A program made the translations under genes and the position numbers. From NCBI GenBank assembly GCA_964016885.1, contig OZ024742.1, positions 361,398,001-361,462,000 on the forward strand: 64,000 bases of DNA, written 5' to 3'. The stretch comes from Eledone cirrhosa (taxonomy: Eukaryota). Below the pieces are notes generated by a model. The model saw nothing but the letters and a program-made list of their open reading frames with translations, did no database searches and had not been told where the DNA came from. Of this stretch, positions 1-15,000 are shown piece after piece; the stretch's first letter is position 1; the number at the start of each line of letters is the position of its first letter.

Positions 1-3000
1 ATGACCCTTCTCCACAGAGATACCTCTGACATGTCTACAAGGAATGGCTGTCAATGGCCCTTCTCCACAGTGATATCTCTGTCATGTCCACAAGGAATGG
101 CTGTCGATGACCCTTCTCCACAGCAATACCTCTGTCATGTCTACAGGGAATGGCTGTCAATGGCCCTTCTCCACAGTGATATCTCTGTCATATCTACAGG
201 GAATGGCTGTCAATGGTCCTTCTCCACAGAGATACCTTTGTCATGTCTATAGGGAATGGCTGTCAATGGCCCTTCTCCACAGTGATATCTCTGTCATGTC
301 TATAGGGAATGGCTGTCAATGGCCCTTATCCACAGTGATATCTCTGTCATGTCTACAGGGAATGGCTGTCAATGGCCCTTCTCCACAGTGTTATCTCTGT
401 CATGTCTACAGGGAATGGCTGTGAATAGCCCTTCTCCACAGTGATACCTCTGTCATGTCTACAGGGAATGGCTGTCAATGGCCCGTCTCCACAGTGATAC
501 CTCTGCCATGTGTACAAGGAATGGCTCTCAATGGCCCTTCTCCACAGTGATACCTCTTTCATGTCTACAGGGAATGGCTATCAATGGCCCTTCTCCACAG
601 TGATATCGCTGTCATGTCTACAGGGAATGGCTGTCAATGGCTCTTCTCCACAGCAATACCTCTGTCATGTCTAGAGGGTATGGCTGTCATTGGCCCTTCT
701 CCACATTGATACCTCTGTCATGTGTATAGGGAATGGCTCTCAATGGCCCTTCTCCACAGCAATACCTCTGTCATGTCTACAGGGAATGGCTGTCAATGGC
801 CCTTCTCCACAGTGATACCTCTGTCATGTCTATAGGGAATGGCTGTCAAATTGCCCTTCTCCACAGTGATACATCTGTCATATCTACAGGGAATGGCTGT
901 CAATGGCCCTTCTCCACAGCAATACCTCTGTCATGTCTGCAGGGAATGGCTGTCAATGGCCCTTCTCCACAGTGTTATCTCTGTCATGTCTACAGGGAAT
1001 GGCTGTCAATGGCGCTTCTTCACAGTGATACCTCTGTCATGTCTACAGGGAATGGCTGTCAATGGCCCTTCTCCACAGCAATGCCCTTGTCATGTCTACA
1101 GGGAATGGCTGTCAATGGCCCTTCTCCACAGTGATACCTCTGTCATGTCTACAGGGAATGGCTGTCAATGGCCCTTCTCCACATTGTTATCTCTGTCATG
1201 TCTACAGGGAATGGCTGTCAATGGCCCTTCTCCACAGCAATACCTCTGTCATGTCTACAGGGAATGGCTGTCAATGGCCCTTCTCCACAGTGATACCTCT
1301 GTCATGTCTATAAGGAATGGCTGTCAATGGCCCTTCTCCACAGCAATACCTCTGTCATGTCTACAGGGAATGGCTGTCAATGGCCCTTCTCCACAGCAAT
1401 ACCTCTGTCATGTCTACAGGGAATGGCTGTCAATGGCCCTTCTCCACAGTGATACCTCTGTCATGTCTATAGGGAATGGCTGTCAATGGCCCTTCTCCAC
1501 AGCAATACCTCTGTCATGTCTACAGGGAATGGCTGTCAATGGCCCTTCTCCACAGTGATACCTCTGTCATATCTACAGGGAATATCTGTCAATGGCCCAT
1601 CACTATAGTGATACCTCTGTCATGTCTATAGGGAATGGCTGTCAATGGCCCTTCTCCACAGTGATATCTCTGTCATGTCTACATGGAATGGCTGTCAATG
1701 GCCCTTCTCCACAGCAATATCTCTGTCATGTCTACAGGGAATGGCTGTCAATGGCCCTTCTCCACAGTGATATCTCTGTCATGTCTACAGGGAATGGCTG
1801 TCAATGGCCCTTCTCTACAGCCATACCTCTGTCATGTCTACAGGGAGTGGCTCTAAATGGCCCTTCTCCACAGTGATACCTCTGTCATGTCTATAGGGAA
1901 TGGCTCTCAATGGCCCTTCTCCACAGCAATACCTCTGTCATGTCTACAGGGAATGGCTGTCAATGGCCCTTCTCCACAGTGTTATCTCTGTCATGTCTAC
2001 AGGGAATGGCTGTCAATGTCCCTTCACCACAGTGTTTCCTCTGTCATGTCTACAGGGAATGGCTGTCAATGGCCCTTCTCTACAGTGAAATCTCTGTAAC
2101 GTCTACAGGGAATGGCTGTCAATGGCCCTTCTCCACAGTGATACCTCTGTCATGTATACAGGGAATGGCTGTCAATGGCCCATCTCTATAGTGATACCTC
2201 TGTCATGTCTACAAGGAATGGCTGGCAATAGCCCGTCTCCACAGTGATACCTGTCATTTCTACAGGGTATGGCTGTCATTGGCCCTTCTCCACAGTGATA
2301 CCTCTGTCATGTCTATAGGGAATGGCTCTCAATGGCCCTTCTCCAAGGTGATACCTCTGTCATGTCTACAAGGAATGGCTGTCGATGACCCTTCTCCACA
2401 GAGATACCTCTGACATGTCTACAAGGAATGGCTGTCAATGGCCCTTCTCCACAGTGATATCTCTGTCATGTCCACAAGGAATGGCTGTCGATGACCCTTC
2501 TCCACAGCAATACCTCTGTCATGTCTACAGGGAATGGCTGTCAATGGCCCTTCTCCACAGTGATATCTCTGTCATATCTACAGGGAATGGCTGTCAATGG
2601 TCCTTCTCCACAGAGATACCTTTGTCATGTCTATAGGGAATGGCTGTCAATGGCCCTTCTCCACAGTGATATCTCTGTCATGTCTATAGGGAATGGCTGT
2701 CAATGGCCCTTATCCACAGTGATATCTCTGTCATGTCTACAGGGAATGGCTGTCAATGGCCCTTCTCCACAGTGTTATCTCTGTCATGTCTACAGGGAAT
2801 GGCTGTGAATAGCCCTTCTCCACAGTGATACCTCTGTCATGTCTACAGGGAATGGCTGTCAATGGCCCGTCTCCACAGTGATACCTCTGCCATGTGTACA
2901 AGGAATGGCTGTCAATGGCCCTTCTCCACAGTGATACCTCTTTCATGTCTACAGGGAATGGCTATCAATGGCCCTTCTCCACAGTGATATCGCTGTCATG

Positions 3001-6000
3001 TCTACAGGGAATGGCTGTCAATGGCTCTTCTCCACAGCAATACCTCTGTCATGTCTAGAGGGTATGGCTGTCATTGGCCCTTCTCCACATTGATACCTCT
3101 GTCATGTGTATAGGGAATGGCTCTCAATGGCACTTCTCCACAGCAATACCTCTGTCATGTCTACAGGGAATGGCTGTCAATGGCCCTTCTCCACAGTGAT
3201 ACCTCTGTCATGTCTATAGGGAATGGCTGTCAAATTGCCCTTCTCCACAGTGATACATCTGTCATATCTACAGGGAATGGCTGTCAATGGCCCTTCTCCA
3301 CAGCAATACCTCTGTCATGTCTGCAGGGAATGGCTGTCAATGGCCCTTCTCCACAGTGTTATCTCTGTCATGTCTACAGGGAATGGCTGTCAATGGCGCT
3401 TCTTCACAGTGATACCTCTGTCATGTCTACAGGGAATGGCTGTCAATGGCCCTTCTCCACAGCAATGCCCTTGTCATGTCTACAGGGAATGGCTGTCAAT
3501 GGCCCTTCTCCACAGTGATACCTCTGTCATGTCTACAGGGAATGGCTGTCAATGGCCCTTCTCCACATTGTTATCTCTGTCATGTCTACAGGGAATGGCT
3601 GTCAATGGCCCTTCTCCACAGCAATACCTCTGTCATGTCTACAGGGAATGGCTGTCAATGGCCCTTCTCCACAGTGATACCTCTGTCATGTCTATAAGGA
3701 ATGGCTGTCAATGGCCCTTCTCCACAGCAATACCTCTGTCATGTCTACAGGGAATGGCTGTCAATGGCCCTTCTCCACAGCAATACCTCTGTCATGTCTA
3801 CAGGGAATGGCTGTCAATGGCCCTTCTCCACAGTGATACCTCTGTCATGTCTATAGGGAATGGCTGTCAATGGCCCTTCTCCACAGCAATACCTCTGTCA
3901 TGTCTACAGGGAATGGCTGTCAATGGCCCTTCTCCACAGTGATACCTCTGTCATATCTACAGGGAATATCTGTCAATGGCCCATCACTATAGTGATACCT
4001 CTGTCATGTCTATAGGGAATGGCTGTCAATGGCCCTTCTCCACAGTGATATCTCTGTCATGTCTACATGGAATGGCTGTCAATGGCCCTTCTCCACAGCA
4101 ATATCTCTGTCATGTCTACAGGGAATGGCTGTCAATGGCCCTTCTCCACAGTGATATCTCTGTCATGTCTACAGGGAATGGCTGTCAATGGCCCTTCTCT
4201 ACAGCCATACCTCTGTCATGTCTACAGGGAGTGGCTCTAAATGGCCCTTCTCCACAGTGATACCTCTGTCATGTCTATAGGGAATGGCTCTCAATGGCCC
4301 TTCTCCACAGCAATACCTCTGTCATGTCTACAGGGAATGGCTGTCAATGGCCCTTCTCCACAGTGTTATCTCTGTCATGTCTACAGGGAATGGCTGTCAA
4401 TGTCCCTTCACCACAGTGTTTCCTCTGTCATGTCTACAGGGAATGGCTGTCAATGGCCCTTCTCTACAGTGAAATCTCTGTAACGTCTACAGGGAATGGC
4501 TGTCAATGGCCCTTCTCCACAGTGATACCTCTGTCATGTATACAGGGAATGGCTGTCAATGGCCCATCTCTATAGTGATACCTCTGTCATGTCTACAAGG
4601 AATGGCTGGCAATAGCCCGTCTCCACAGTGATACCTCTGTCATTTCTACAGGGTATGGCTGTCATTGGCCCTTCTCCACAGTGATACCTCTGTCATGTCT
4701 ATAGGGAATGGCTCTCAATGGCCCTTCTCCACAGCAATACCTCTGTCATGTCTACAGGGAATGGCTGTCAATGGCCCTTCTCCACAGTGATACCTCTGTC
4801 ATGTCTATAGGGAATGGCTGTCAAATTGCCCTTCTCCACAGTGATACATCTGTCATATCTACAGGGAATGGCTGTCAATGGCCCTTCTCCACAGCAATAC
4901 CTCTGTCATGTCTGCAGGGAATGGCTGTCAATGGCCCTTCTCCACAGTGTTATCTCTGTCATGTCTACAGGGAATGGCTGTCAATGGCGCTTCTTCACAG
5001 TGATACCTCTGTCATGTCTACAGGGAATGGCTGTCAATGGCCCTTCTCCACAGCAATGCCCTTGTCATGTCTACAGGGAATGGCTGTCAATGGCCCTTCT
5101 CCACAGTGATACCTCTGTCATGTCTACAGGGAATGGCTGTCAATGGCCCTTCTCCACATTGTTATCTCTGTCATGTCTACAGGGAATGGCTGTCAATGGC
5201 CCTTCTCCACAGCAATACCTCTGTCATGTCTACAGGGAATGGCTGTCAATGGCCCTTCTCCACAGTGATACCTCTGTCATGTCTATAAGGAATGGCTGTC
5301 AATGGCCCTTCTCCACAGCAATACCTCTGTCATGTCTACAGGGAATGGCTGTCAATGGCCCTTCTCCACAGCAATACCTCTGTCATGTCTACAGGGAATG
5401 GCTGTCAATGGCCCTTCTCCACAGTGATACCTCTGTCATGTCTATAGGGAATGGCTGTCAATGGCCCTTCTCCACAGCAATACCTCTGTCATGTCTACAG
5501 GGAATGGCTGTCAATGGCCCTTCTCCACAGTGATACCTCTGTCATATCTACAGGGAATATCTGTCAATGGCCCATCACTATAGTGATACCTCTGTCATGT
5601 CTATAGGGAATGGCTGTCAATGGCCCTTCTCCACAGTGATATCTCTGTCATGTCTACATGGAATGGCTGTCAATGGCCCTTCTCCACAGCAATATCTCTG
5701 TCATGTCTACAGGGAATGGCTGTCAATGGCCCTTCTCCACAGTGATATCTCTGTCATGTCTACAGGGAATGGCTGTCAATGGCCCTTCTCTACAGCCATA
5801 CCTCTGTCATGTCTACAGGGAGTGGCTCTAAATGGCCCTTCTCCACAGTGATACCTCTGTCATGTCTATAGGGAATGGCTCTCAATGGCCCTTCTCCACA
5901 GCAATACCTCTGTCATGTCTACAGGGAATGGCTGTCAATGGCCCTTCTCCACAGTGTTATCTCTGTCATGTCTACAGGGAATGGCTGTCAATGTCCCTTC

Positions 6001-9000
6001 ACCACAGTGTTTCCTCTGTCATGTCTACAGGGAATGGCTGTCAATGGCCCTTCTCTACAGTGAAATCTCTGTAACGTCTACAGGGAATGGCTGTCAATGG
6101 CCCTTCTCCACAGTGATACCTCTGTCATGTATACAGGGAATGGCTGTCAATGGCCCATCTCTATAGTGATACCTCTGTCATGTCTACAAGGAATGGCTGG
6201 CAATAGCCCGTCTCCACAGTGATACCTGTCATTTCTACAGGGTATGGCTGTCATTGGCCCTTCTCCACAGTGATACCTCTGTCATGTCTATAGGGAATGG
6301 CTCTCAATGGCCCTTCTCCAAGGTGATACCTCTGTCATGTCTACAAGGAATGGCTGTCGATGACCCTTCTCCACAGAGATACCTCTGACATGTCTACAAG
6401 GAATGGCTGTCAATGGCCCTTCTCCACAGTGATATCTCTGTCATGTCCACAAGGAATGGCTGTCGATGACCCTTCTCCACAGCAATACCTCTGTCATGTC
6501 TACAGGGAATGGCTGTCAATGGCCCTTCTCCACAGTGATATCTCTGTCATATCTACAGGGAATGGCTGTCAATGGTCCTTCTCCACAGAGATACCTTTGT
6601 CATGTCTATAGGGAATGGCTGTCAATGGCCCTTCTCCACAGTGATATCTCTGTCATGTCTATAGGGAATGGCTGTCAATGGCCCTTATCCACAGTGATAT
6701 CTCTGTCATGTCTACAGGGAATGGCTGTCAATGGCCCTTCTCCACAGTGTTATCTCTGTCATGTCTACAGGGAATGGCTGTGAATAGCCCTTCTCCACAG
6801 TGATACCTCTGTCATGTCTACAGGGAATGGCTGTCAATGGCCCGTCTCCACAGTGATACCTCTGCCATGTGTACAAGGAATGGCTGTCAATGGCCCTTCT
6901 CCACAGTGATACCTCTTTCATGTCTACAGGGAATGGCTATCAATGGCCCTTCTCCACAGTGATATCGCTGTCATGTCTACAGGGAATGGCTGTCAATGGC
7001 TCTTCTCCACAGCAATACCTCTGTCATGTCTAGAGGGTATGGCTGTCATTGGCCCTTCTCCACATTGATACCTCTGTCATGTGTATAGGGAATGGCTCTC
7101 AATGGCACTTCTCCACAGCAATACCTCTGTCATGTCTACAGGGAATGGCTGTCAATGGCCCTTCTCCACAGTGATACCTCTGTCATGTCTATAGGGAATG
7201 GCTGTCAAATTGCCCTTCTCCACAGTGATACATCTGTCATATCTACAGGGAATGGCTGTCAATGGCCCTTCTCCACAGCAATACCTCTGTCATGTCTGCA
7301 GGGAATGGCTGTCAATGGCCCTTCTCCACAGTGTTATCTCTGTCATGTCTACAGGGAATGGCTGTCAATGGCGCTTCTTCACAGTGATACCTCTGTCATG
7401 TCTACAGGGAATGGCTGTCAATGGCCCTTCTCCACAGCAATGCCCTTGTCATGTCTACAGGGAATGGCTGTCAATGGCCCTTCTCCACAGTGATACCTCT
7501 GTCATGTCTACAGGGAATGGCTGTCAATGGCCCTTCTCCACATTGTTATCTCTGTCATGTCTACAGGGAATGGCTGTCAATGGCCCTTCTCCACAGCAAT
7601 ACCTCTGTCATGTCTACAGGGAATGGCTGTCAATGGCCCTTCTCCACAGTGATACCTCTGTCATGTCTATAAGGAATGGCTGTCAATGGCCCTTCTCCAC
7701 AGCAATACCTCTGTCATGTCTACAGGGAATGGCTGTCAATGGCCCTTCTCCACAGCAATACCTCTGTCATGTCTACAGGGAATGGCTGTCAATGGCCCTT
7801 CTCCACAGTGATACCTCTGTCATGTCTATAGGGAATGGCTGTCAATGGCCCTTCTCCACAGCAATACCTCTGTCATGTCTACAGGGAATGGCTGTCAATG
7901 GCCCTTCTCCACAGTGATACCTCTGTCATATCTACAGGGAATATCTGTCAATGGCCCATCACTATAGTGATACCTCTGTCATGTCTATAGGGAATGGCTG
8001 TCAATGGCCCTTCTCCACAGTGATATCTCTGTCATGTCTACATGGAATGGCTGTCAATGGCCCTTCTCCACAGCAATATCTCTGTCATGTCTACAGGGAA
8101 TGGCTGTCAATGGCCCTTCTCCACAGTGATATCTCTGTCATGTCTACAGGGAATGGCTGTCAATGGCCCTTCTCTACAGCCATACCTCTGTCATGTCTAC
8201 AGGGAGTGGCTCTAAATGGCCCTTCTCCACAGTGATACCTCTGTCATGTCTATAGGGAATGGCTCTCAATGGCCCTTCTCCACAGCAATACCTCTGTCAT
8301 GTCTACAGGGAATGGCTGTCAATGGCCCTTCTCCACAGTGTTATCTCTGTCATGTCTACAGGGAATGGCTGTCAATGTCCCTTCACCACAGTGTTTCCTC
8401 TGTCATGTCTACAGGGAATGGCTGTCAATGGCCCTTCTCTACAGTGAAATCTCTGTAACGTCTACAGGGAATGGCTGTCAATGGCCCTTCTCCACAGTGA
8501 TACCTCTGTCATGTATACAGGGAATGGCTGTCAATGGCCCATCTCTATAGTGATACCTCTGTCATGTCTACAAGGAATGGCTGGCAATAGCCCGTCTCCA
8601 CAGTGATACCTCTGTCATTTCTACAGGGTATGGCTGTCATTGGCCCTTCTCCACAGTGATACCTCTGTCATGTCTATAGGGAATGGCTCTCAATGGCCCT
8701 TCTCCAAGGTGATACCTCTGTCATGTCTACAAGGAATGGCTGTCGATGACCCTTCTCCACAGAGATACCTCTGACATGTCTACAAGGAATGGCTGTCAAT
8801 GGCCCTTCTCCACAGTGATATCTCTGTCATGTCCACAAGGAATGGCTGTCGATGACCCTTCTCCACAGCAATACCTCTGTCATGTCTACAGGGAATGGCT
8901 GTCAATGGCCCTTCTCCACAGTGATATCTCTGTCATATCTACAGGGAATGGCTGTCAATGGTCCTTCTCCACAGAGATACCTTTGTCATGTCTATAGGGA

Positions 9001-12000
9001 ATGGCTGTCAATGGCCCTTCTCCACAGTGATATCTCTGTCATGTCTATAGGGAATGGCTGTCAATGGCCCTTATCCACAGTGATATCTCTGTCATGTCTA
9101 CAGGGAATGGCTGTCAATGGCCCTTCTCCACAGTGTTATCTCTGTCATGTCTACAGGGAATGGCTGTGAATAGCCCTTCTCCACAGTGATACCTCTGTCA
9201 TGTCTACAGGGAATGGCTGTCAATGGCCCGTCTCCACAGTGATACCTCTGCCATGTGTACAAGGAATGGCTGTCAATGGCCCTTCTCCACAGTGATACCT
9301 CTTTCATGTCTACAGGGAATGGCTATCAATGGCCCTTCTCCACAGTGATATCGCTGTCATGTCTACAGGGAATGGCTGTCAATGGCTCTTCTCCACAGCA
9401 ATACCTCTGTCATGTCTAGAGGGTATGGCTGTCATTGGCCCTTCTCCACATTGATACCTCTGTCATGTGTATAGGGAATGGCTCTCAATGGCCCTTCTCC
9501 ACAGCAATACCTCTGTCATGTCTACAGGGAATGGCTGTCAATGGCCCTTCTCCACAGTGATACCTCTGTCATGTCTATAGGGAATGGCTGTCAAATTGCC
9601 CTTCTCCACAGTGATACATCTGTCATATCTACAGGGAATGGCTGTCAATGGCCCTTCTCCACAGCAATACCTCTGTCATGTCTGCAGGGAATGGCTGTCA
9701 ATGGCCCTTCTCCACAGTGTTATCTCTGTCATGTCTACAGGGAATGGCTGTCAATGGCGCTTCTTCACAGTGATACCTCTGTCATGTCTACAGGGAATGG
9801 CTGTCAATGGCCCTTCTCCACAGCAATGCCCTTGTCATGTCTACAGGGAATGGCTGTCAATGGCCCTTCTCCACAGTGATACCTCTGTCATGTCTACAGG
9901 GAATGGCTGTCAATGGCCCTTCTCCACATTGTTATCTCTGTCATGTCTACAGGGAATGGCTGTCAATGGCCCTTCTCCACAGCAATACCTCTGTCATGTC
10001 TACAGGGAATGGCTGTCAATGGCCCTTCTCCACAGTGATACCTCTGTCATGTCTATAGGGAATGGCTGTCAATGGCCCTTCTCCACAGCAATACCTCTGT
10101 CATGTCTACAGGGAATGGCTGTCAATGGCCCTTCTCCACAGCAATACCTCTGTCATGTCTACAGGGAATGGCTGTCAATGGCCCTTCTCCACAGTGATAC
10201 CTCTGTCATGTCTATAGGGAATGGCTGTCAATGGCCCTTCTCCACAGCAATACCTCTGTCATGTCTACAGGGAATGGCTGTCAATGGCCCTTCTCCACAG
10301 TGATAGCTCTGTCATATCTACAGGGAATATCTGTCAATGGCCCATCACTATAGTGATACCTCTGTCATGTCTATAGGGAATGGCTGTCAATGGCCCTTCT
10401 CCACAGTGATATCTCTGTCATGTCTACATGGAATGGCTGTCAATGGCCCTTCTCCACAGCAATATCTCTGTCATGTCTACAGGGAATGGCTGTCAATGGC
10501 CCTTCTCCACAGTGATATCTCTGTCATGTCTACAGGGAATGGCTGTCAATGGCCCTTCTCCACAGCCATACCTCTGTCATGTCTACAGGGAGTGGCTCTA
10601 AATGGCCCTTCTCCACAGTGATACCTCTGTCATGTCTATAGGGAATGGCTCTCAATGGCCCTTCTCCACAGCAATACCTCTGTCATGTCTACAGGGAATG
10701 GCTGTCAATGGCCCTTCTCCACGGTGTTATCTCTGTCATGTCTACAGGGAATGGCTGTCAATGTCCCTTCACCACAGTGTTACCTCTGTCATGTCTACAG
10801 GGAATGGCTGTCAATGGCCCTTCTCTACAGTGAAATCTCTGTAACGTCTACAGGGAATGGCTGTCAATGGCCCTTCTCCACAGTGATACCTCTGTCATGT
10901 ATACAGGGAATGGCTGTCAATGGCCCATCTCTATAGTGATACCTCTGTCATGTCTACAAGGAATGGCTGGCAATAGCCCGTCTCCACAGTGATACCTCTG
11001 TCATTTCTACAGGGTATGGCTGTCATTGGCCCTTCTCCACAGTGATACCTCTGTCATGTCTATAGGGAATGACTCTCAATGGCCCTTCTCCACAGCAATA
11101 CCTCTGTCATGTCTACAGGGAATGGCTGTCAATGGCCCTTCTCCACAGTGTTATCTCTGTCATGTCTACAGGGAATGGCTGTGAATAGCCCTTCTCCACA
11201 GTGATACCTCTGTCATGTCTACAGGGAATGGCTGTCAATGGCCCGTCTCCACAGTGATACCTCTGCCATGTGTACAAGGAATGGCTGTCAATGGCCCTTC
11301 TCCACAGTGATACCTCTTTCATGTCTACAGGGAATGGCTATCAATGGCCCTTCTCCACAGTGATATCGCTGTCATGTCTACAGGGAATGGCTGTCAATGG
11401 CTCTTCTCCACAGCAATACCTCTGTCATGTCTAGAGGGTATGGCTGTCATTGGCCCTTCTCCACAGTGATACCTCTGTCATGTGTATAGGGAATGGCTCT
11501 CAATGGCCCTTCTCCACAGCAATACCTCTGTCATGTCTACAGGGAATGGCTGTCAATGGCCCTTCTCCACAGTGATACCTCTGTCATGTCTATAGGGAAT
11601 GGCTGTCAAATTGCCCTTCTCCACAGTGATACATCTGTCATATCTACAGGGAATGGCTGTCAATGGCCCTTCTCCACAGCAATACCTCTGTCATGTCTGC
11701 AGGGAATGGCTGTCAATGGCCCTTCTCTACAGTGTTATCTCTGTCATGTCTACAGGGAATGGCTGTCAATGGCCCTTCTTCACAGTGATACCTCTGTCAT
11801 GTCTACAGGGAATGGCTGTCAATGGCCCTTCTCCACAGCAATGCCCTTGTCATGTCTACAGGGAATGGCTGTCAATGGCCCTTCTCCACAGTGATACCTC
11901 TGTCATGTCTACAGGGAATGGCTGTCAATGGCCCTTCTCCACAGTGTTATCTCTGTCATGTCTACAGGGAATGGCTGTCAATGGCCCTTCTCCACAGCAA

Positions 12001-15000
12001 TACCTCTGTCATGTCTACAGGGAATGGCTGTCAATGGCCCTTCTCCACAGCGATACCTCTGTCATGTCTATAGGGAATGGCTGTCAATGGCCCTTCTCCA
12101 CAGCAATACCTCTGTCATGTCTACAGGGAATGGCTGTCAATGGCCCTTCTCCACAGCAATACCTCTGTCATGTCTACAGGGAATGGCTGTCAATGGCCCT
12201 TCTCCACAGTGATACCTCTGTCATGTCTATAGGGAATGGCTGTCAATGGCCCTTCTCCACAGCAATACCTCTGTCATGTCTACAGGGAATGGCTGTCAAT
12301 GGCCCTTCTCCACAGTGATACCTCTGTCATATCTACAGGGAATATCTGTCAATGGCCCATCACTATAGTGATACCTCTGTCATGTCTATAGGGAATGGCT
12401 GTCAATGGCCCTTCTCCACAGTGATATCTCTGTCATGTCTACATGGAATGGCTGTCAATGGCCCTTCTCCACAGCAATATCTCTGTCATGTCTACAGGGA
12501 ATGGCTGTCAATGGCCCTTCTCTACAGTGAGATCTCTGTCATGTCTACAGGGAATGGCTGTCAATGGCCCATCTCTATAGTGATACCTCTGTCATGTCTA
12601 CAAGGAATGGCTGGCAATAGCCCGTCTCCACAGTGATACCTCTGTCATGTCTACAGGGTATGGCTGTCATTGGCCCTTCTCCACAGTGATACCTCTGTCA
12701 TGTCTATAGGGAATGGCTCTCAATGGCCCATCTCCACAGCAATACCTCTGTCATGTCTACAGGGAATGGCTGTCAATGGCCCTTCTCCACAGTGTTATCT
12801 CTGTCATATCTACAGGGAATGGCTGTCAATGGCTTTTCTCCACAGTGATACCTCTGTCATGTCTACAGGGAATGGCTGTCAATGGCCCTTCTCTACAGTG
12901 AGATCTCTGTCATGTCTACAGGGAATGGCTGTCAATGGCCCATCTCTATAGTGATACCTCTGTCATGTCTACAAGGAATGGCTGGCAATAGCCCGTCTCC
13001 ACAGTGATACCTCTGTCATGTCTACAGGGTATGGCTGTCATTGGCCCTTCTCCAGAGTGATACCTCTGTCATGTCTATAGGGAATGGCTCTCAATGGCCC
13101 TTCTCCACAGCAATCCCTCTGTCATGTCTACAGGGAATGGCTGTCAATGGCCCTTCTCCACAGTGATATCTCTGTCATGTCTACAGGGAATGGCTGTCAA
13201 TGGCCCTTCTCCACAGCCATACCTCTGTCATGTCTACAGGGAGTGGCTCTAAATGGCCCTTGTCCACAGTGATACCTCTGTCATGTCTACAGGGAATGGC
13301 TGTCAATGGCCCTTCTCCAAGGTGATACCTCTGTCATGTCTACAAGGAATGGCTGTCGATGACCCTTCTCCACAGAGATACCTCTGACCTGTCTACAAGG
13401 AATGGCTGTCAATGGCCCTTCTCCACAGTGATATCTCTGTCATGTCCACAAGGAATGGCTGTCGATAACCCTTCTCCACAGCAATACCTCTGTCATGTCT
13501 ACAGGGAATGGCTGTCAATGGCCCTTCTCCACAGTGATATCTCTGTCATATCTACAGGGAATGGCTGTCAATGGTCCTTCTCCACAGAGATATCTTTGTC
13601 ATGTCTATAGGGAATGGCTGTCAATGGCCCTTCTCCACAGTGATATCTCTGTCATGTCTATAGGGAATGGCTGTCAATGGCTCTTATCCACAGTGATATC
13701 TCTGTCATGTCTACAGGGAATGGCTCTCAATGGCCCTTCTCCACAGTGATATCTCTACCATGTCTACAGGGAATGGCTGTCAATGGACCTTCTCCACAGT
13801 GATCCCTCTACCATGTCTACAGGGAATGGCTGTCAATGGTCGTTCTCCTCAGTAATACCTCTGTCATGTCTATAGGGAATGGCTGTCAATGGCCCTTATC
13901 CACGGTGATATCTCTGTCATGTCTACAGGGAATGGCTGTCAATGGCCTTTCTCCACAGTGTTATCTCTGTCATGTCTACAGGGAATGGCTGTGAATAGCC
14001 CTTCTCCACAGTGATACCTCTGTCATGTCTACAGGGAATGGCTGTCAATGGCCCGTCTCCACAGTGATACCTCTGTCATGTGTACAAGGAATGGCTGTCA
14101 ATGGCCCTTCTCCACAGTGATACCTCTTTCATGTCTACAGGGAATGGCTATCAATGGCCCTTCTCCACAGTGATATCGCTGTCATGTCTACAGGGAATGG
14201 CTGTCAATGGCTCTTCTCCACAGCAATACCTCTGTCATGTCTAGAGGGTATGGCTGTCATTGGCCCTTCTCCACATTGATACCTCTGTCATGTGTATAGG
14301 GAATGGCTCTCAATGGCCCTTCTCCACAGCAATACCTCTGTCATGTCTACAGGGAATGGCTGTCAATGGCCCTTCTCCACAGTGATACCTCTGTCATGTC
14401 TATAGGGAATGGCTGTCAAATTGCCCTTCTCCACAGTGATACATCTATCATATCTACAGGGAATGGCTGTCAATGGCCCTTCTCCACAGCAATACCTCTG
14501 TCATGTCTGCAGGGAATGGCTGTCAATGGCCCATCTCCACAGTGTTATCTCTGTCATGTCTACAGGGAATGGCTGTCAATGGCGCTTCTTCACAGTGATA
14601 CCTCTGTCATGTCTACAGGGAATGGCTGTCAATGGCCCTTCTCCACAGCAATGCCCTTGTCATGTCTACAGGGAATGGCTGTCAATTGCCCTTCTCCACA
14701 GTGATACCTCTGTCATGTCTACAGGGAATGGCTGTCAATGGCCCTTCTCCACAGTGTTATCTCTGTCATGTCTACAGGGAATGGCTGTCAATGGCCCTTC
14801 TCCACAGTGATACCTCTGTCATGTCTATAGGGAATGGCTGTCAATGGCCCTTCTCCACAGCAATACCTCTGTCATGTCTACAGGGAATGGCTGTCAATGG
14901 CCCTTCTCCACAGCAATACCTCTGTCATGTCTACAGGGAATGGCTGTCAATGGCCCTTCTCCACAGTGATACCTCTGTCATGTCTATAGGGAATGGCTGT